DNA of 64,000 bases from positions 18,972,001 to 19,036,000 of the forward strand of contig JBHGNT010000001.1 in NCBI GenBank assembly GCA_043228905.1. Reading direction: 5' to 3'. Position numbers and translations under genes: made by a program. The notes under the pieces are model-generated. The model was not told the origin of the DNA, did not search any database, and was given only the letters and a program-made list of their open reading frames with translations. The stretch's first letter is position 1. Every line of letters begins with the position of its first letter. Below are positions 59,400-64,000 of the stretch, in pieces. This DNA comes from Azolla caroliniana. Its lineage: Eukaryota > Plantae > Polypodiophyta.

Positions 59400-62108
59400 T
59401 TGATAGAACGATCTATCGGGTTACCTATAAAAAGGAACCCAAGGCAATATAACACTATCGTCTGTAAAGTACCAAAAGTAAAGGTAAGCAACCAGAATGG
59501 GAAATCCAAGAAGTTGTTCGAAAAGCAGCCAAAGAATGGGTTGAAGAAGCGAATAAAAATAATGCATCCAGAATGCTATAGGATAATGAGATAAACCAAG
59601 TAAATGAGCTACCCGGATCAATACAAGTACAAGAACAGGAAGAAGCCTGGAAAATCTTGGCAGATTGTCAAGTTTCATTACCCTTAATTGACTTATTAAA
59701 ATTAATTCCATGGTTCACGGAGAAAGTGGCCACTTTGATTGCACAAAAAGGGGTAGAACAAGTATCGTTTAATTATAATCAACCGAACAATAGTCCGACA
59801 ATTATGGATGAGCAAAATCGATCAATAAAAGTAAGGATTCATAGACAAGAAATAGATGGGACTATTGTGGATGGCAGATCAGGAGTAAATGTAATCAATA
59901 AAACTACCTGTGATAAGCTTGGTATCACTAAATGGGAGGCATGTCCATTCTAGTTACGAATGGGTGATACCAGTACGGTATGACCACTTGGCTTAATCAT
60001 ACAGCTAGATGTCATTTTAGGGGGACATACTTTTCAAATATCAGCAGTAATGCTTCATTTGGAGGCTCTTGGAGCATATCCCTTGTTATTAGGTCGACCA
60101 TGGTTAAAGACTACAAATATTAGGCACAACTAGAATAAGAATTTATTAACATTCCAGAAAGGAAAGAATAAAATTCGGGTGTCCACTCAACATAAGGTTA
60201 GTACAAATCGGCAATGTCTGCCATTTCATTCAGAGGCAGTCAATATGATGGAGGGATTGAATGAAGCTGAGGAGAATAATTATTTCAATGACAACCCAAA
60301 AATCATTCCCTTGTTTGAGGTTGACATTTTGCAAGCTCTTACATCATATGTCGACACACAGGGTGACATACCAATAGATGATCAAACGATGAAAGAGATT
60401 CGCCTTCAGCAAGAAGCTACAGAAAAAGAAATGAGGTATCGCAAAGAGTTCAAGCTTCGGCATTGGAAGAAGTAAATTTAGCCGATGAAGGCATAACACT
60501 TGAACCAAAAACAATACTGATCACCAAGGAAATGCTGTCATATGATATGACAAACAACGACTCATCAACTTACTCAAACAATATAAAGATGTATTCACTT
60601 GGTCCTTCGAAGACATGAAAGGACTGGATCTAGCCTTTTGTCAACATCAAATTAACCTTGACAAAGATGCAAAGCCAGTCCAACAACGACGGTATCATCT
60701 AAACCCAAACTATGCAATTAAAGTAAAAGAACATCATATGTTGACACACAGGATGACATACCAATAGATGATCAAACGATGAAAGAGATTCACCTTCAGC
60801 AAGAAGCTACAAAAAAAGAAATGAAGGTATCGCAAAGAGTTCAAGCTTCGGCATTGGAAGAAGTAAATTTAGCTAATGAAGGCACAGTGCTTGAACCAAA
60901 AACAATACTGATCACCAAGGAAATGTTGTCATATGACAAACAATGACTCATCAGCTTACTCAAACAATATAAAGATGTATTCACTTGGTCCTTTGAAGAC
61001 ATGAAAGGACTGGATCTAGCCTTTTGTCAACATCAAATTAACCTTGACAAAGATGCAAAGCCAGTCCAACGACGGTATCGTTTGAACCCAAACTATGCAA
61101 TTAAAGTAAAAGAAGAAATAGATAAATTGCTCAACGTCAGGTTTATTCGGCCAGTAAAAAAGGCTACATGGTTAAGTCTGATCGTGGTCATACCAAAGAA
61201 AAACGGCACGATTCGGGCTTGTGTTGACTATCAAAAACTTAATGCAGCGACGGTGACGGATGTGTTTCCACTACCGTTCACTGACATTGTATTGGATGCA
61301 GTCGCCGGTCACGAAATGTACAGTTTCCTAGACGGCTTTAGTGGATATAATCAAGTATGAATGCACCCGGATGATCAAGACAAAACCGCCTTCGTCACTG
61401 AATGGGGAGTATTTGTGGCCGTCGTAATGATGTTTTGTTTAAAAACGGCCCCAACCACATTTCAAGGAGTAATACAAGAAATTTTTGGTGATTACATTCC
61501 TACGTTCATTCAATTTTTCTTAGATAATTTTGCCGTCTACACTCGGAATTCAGAACACTTCGAACATTTACGATTATGTTTGGAACATTGTCGAAAAGGT
61601 GGTCTTAGCTTAAATCTGGCTAAATGTGCGTTCGGAGTCACAAGTGGAACCTTACTAGGGCACATCATCAGTCAAGAAGGAATTGCAGTCGATTTGGATA
61701 AAGTCCGAGCAGTAATGGATGCACCGACACCAACCAATGCAAAAAGCCTTTGTCGATTTTTAGGACAGCTAAGATGCCACAGCTGGATGATGAGATAGCT
61801 TGTTGATGTCGCAATGCCATTGCATACATCGGTATATAAAACACCTTTTCAATGGATGACTGTCGAACAAGATGCATATGATTGTCTGAACAAAATGCTT
61901 TCTAAAGTTCTAGTAGTGCAACCTCCTCACTGGAACAAGCTTTTCATGTGTTCATCGATGCATTAAACGTAGCAATTAGAAGCTCACTAATGCAATTGTT
62001 CGAACCAAATTGGTATTGAGCAGTATATTACGCAAGTCGTAAACTTTCCACATCGGAAAGGAATTATTTGCCAACCGAAAGAGAAGCTTTAGGAATGGTG
62101 TACAGTAT
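59400..62108 (+). mobile_element. Degenerate Gypsy pol fragment (PR-RT-RNase H), related to the 28-38 kb family
   Basis: IVDGRSGVNVI, YPLLLGRPWLK, FLDGFSGYNQV, FLDNF, NYLPTEREALGMVYS; internal 390-bp duplication (60341/60731). Confidence 0.85.
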
Positions 62109-64000
62109 TGTGAAATGCTCTCAAGAATAGCCTTCCTTTCATTATGTCTCAAGTTACATTTTATAGACTCTCTCTTAGCGTGGAGGGTGTTCTCCCGCTC
62201 CAATTAGCTCTACTAATTATGGGGCTTGGTGGGGGCCTAGTTTGGGTGTGGTGCATGAGGCTTGGTAGGGGCCTAATTTGGGTGTGGTCTATGTGTGGTG
62301 CATGGGGCTTGGTAGGGGCCTAATCTAGGTGTGGTCCATGTGACCACCACAATTCCCCCTTGTAAAAAAAAAGTTATTGTGCAGTCGAAGCGCGACGAGG
62401 CGTGGACGACGGTTCCAGACGGGGGGATGACACGGGCGTGGGCGTAGGCATGAGTGTGGGCGGGGGCGGTGGTAGTTGATGGAAGGGCTTCATGCGAGAC
62501 TGGTGAGCAAAGGTAGAGCAGTCGTTGGAGGCGCGGCGGAGCAGGTATGTAGTGTCGCGTATCTGCTTTTGAACTTCGAAGGGACCGATCCATCGGTGCA
62601 TGAGCGATTCGCTGAGACCACGACGACGGATGGGGAAGTAGACGAGGACTTTGTCACCGACATGGTATTGATGGTCAACACGGCCTATATCGTGTTGTCG
62701 TTTTTGGCGTAGTTGTGCCTGGTGCAGGTTGCTCGTGATGGCTTTGCGGAGGAGGGGCTGGAGTTGTTGTAGGTGGGACCACCAAGACACTGCGTCAGCG
62801 TGGAGTCGTGTGGTTGGTTGCGGGACTGCCACTTCTGGGGGTAAGCACGGGTCCCTTCCGTAAAGGGCCCGAAATGGGCTAATGCGGGTAGAGGCTTGCA
62901 CAGTTGTGTTGTAGGCATGCGTAACGAAGGGCAAGATTCGGTCCCAGGTTGAGTACAGCGGATCGATGTAGGTTGAGATTTGTTGTTTTAAGGTTCGATT
63001 GAGGCGCTCCGTCAACCCATTCGTTTGCGGATGGTAGGGTGACGTGAATAATTGTTGGATTCCTAGTTGTGTTGAAATGAGGCGTAGGAGCTCACCGTTG
63101 AACTGGGGTCCTCGATCGGACAAGATTTGGAGTGGGCAACCGTGGGGGAAGATGATTTTCTCCAATAGTTTGGAGGCGATGGTCATAGCCTTTGCATCTG
63201 GGATAGCGGTCGTCTCAGCCCAACGCGTCAAGTACTCGGTGATGACGAGGATGAATTTGTTCCCTCCTTGTGACTCAGGAAAGGGGCCCATAATGTCCCA
63301 TCCGACGATTTCAAATGGAGCTTGAACTTGTATCGGACGTTAGAGGCCTTGAGCCACTTGAGGTGATTTGATGGCCTGACATAAGTTGCATGCTTTGATG
63401 TAGGAGGCGACCTCGTGGCGTAGCCCAGGCCAATAGAATTTGCGACGAATTTTGTCGAGCACCTTATGAAAACCCAAGTGGCCGGACAACGGGTGATCGT
63501 GGAAGAAACGAAGGTAAGACTGGCGTAGTTGCTCAGGCACGTAGACTCGGGGTTCTTTGCCTACTTGACAAAAAAGTAGGACATTATCCTGGATCATGAA
63601 TTGCTTGGTGAGGGATGATGTCGGTTCAGCTCGTAGGCGGTGGCAGATATCTTGGATTTGTTTGTCGTGTTGTTGCATGTTGGCCATTTGGGACGAGGAT
63701 ATGGGGAAATCGATTGTGTTGGAGGTGATCTGGTTTGCCTGAAAGGATATGCGGGATAATCCATCGGCGACGATGTTTTGTGGACCATGGCGATAACGCA
63801 GAGTGAATGTGTAATCCTGTAGCGCCAAAACCCAACGAAGTAAGCGGCCGGGTGGATGAGCCTTCTTTATGAGGGAGAGCAATGGCTGATGGTCTGTTTC
63901 GACTTATATATTTGATCCGTGAAGGTATGGGTGGAAACGATGGAATGCCCAGACGATGGCGAGGAACTCTTTTTCAGTTGTCGAGTAATTTTGTTCGGCT
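62109..64000 (-). mobile_element. 3' part of a distinct Ty3/Gypsy element (RNase H end, integrase, PPT, 3' LTR ~62109-62351); runs off the window
   Basis: NYSTTEKEFLAIVWA, RLLRWVLALQDY, HDHPLSGHLG..C..C, WDIMGPFP..SDRG..PQTNGLTERLNRT; PPT AAGGGGGAAT then TGTGGTGG. Confidence 0.88.
62374..63291 (-). CDS. Gypsy integrase core and GPY/F module
   Basis: DDE core and HRWIGPFEV. Confidence 0.85.
   Translation of the reverse strand: MGPFPESQGGNKFILVITEYLTRWAETTAIPDAKAMTIASKLLEKIIFPHGCPLQILSDRGPQFNGELLRLISTQLGIQQLFTSPYHPQTNGLTERLNRTLKQQISTYIDPLYSTWDRILPFVTHAYNTTVQASTRISPFRALYGRDPCLPPEVAVPQPTTRLHADAVSWWSHLQQLQPLLRKAITSNLHQAQLRQKRQHDIGRVDHQYHVGDKVLVYFPIRRRGLSESLMHRWIGPFEVQKQIRDTTYLLRRASNDCSTFAHQSRMKPFHQLPPPPPTLMPTPTPVSSPRLEPSSTPRRASTAQ

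Overview
This is plant nuclear DNA, most likely from a fern, judged from plastid-type rpl21, apparently free-standing matK and pre-edited plastid codons in the inserted organelle DNA. Bases 1-3229 hold a five-exon, GT-AG spliced gene that is open to the left edge. Spliced by hand, it encodes a ParB/Srx-like domain fused to a bacterial/phage-type beta-class DNA amino-methyltransferase (N6-A/N4-C; DIPY...NPYQKP...DLFSGTGTT), with one in-frame TAA in this copy. This is the strongest candidate for an undescribed system. About 4.5-26.9 kb is a shattered, shuffled plastid insertion (NUPT), interrupted by a probable self-priming chromovirus and a gag-only, tRNA-Trp-primed LTR element. The rest is a nest of Ty3/Gypsy and Ty1/Copia elements, solo LTRs and a small TIR element with TG..CA ends. 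All calls come from reading motifs by eye with no database search; boundaries without a TSD are approximate.
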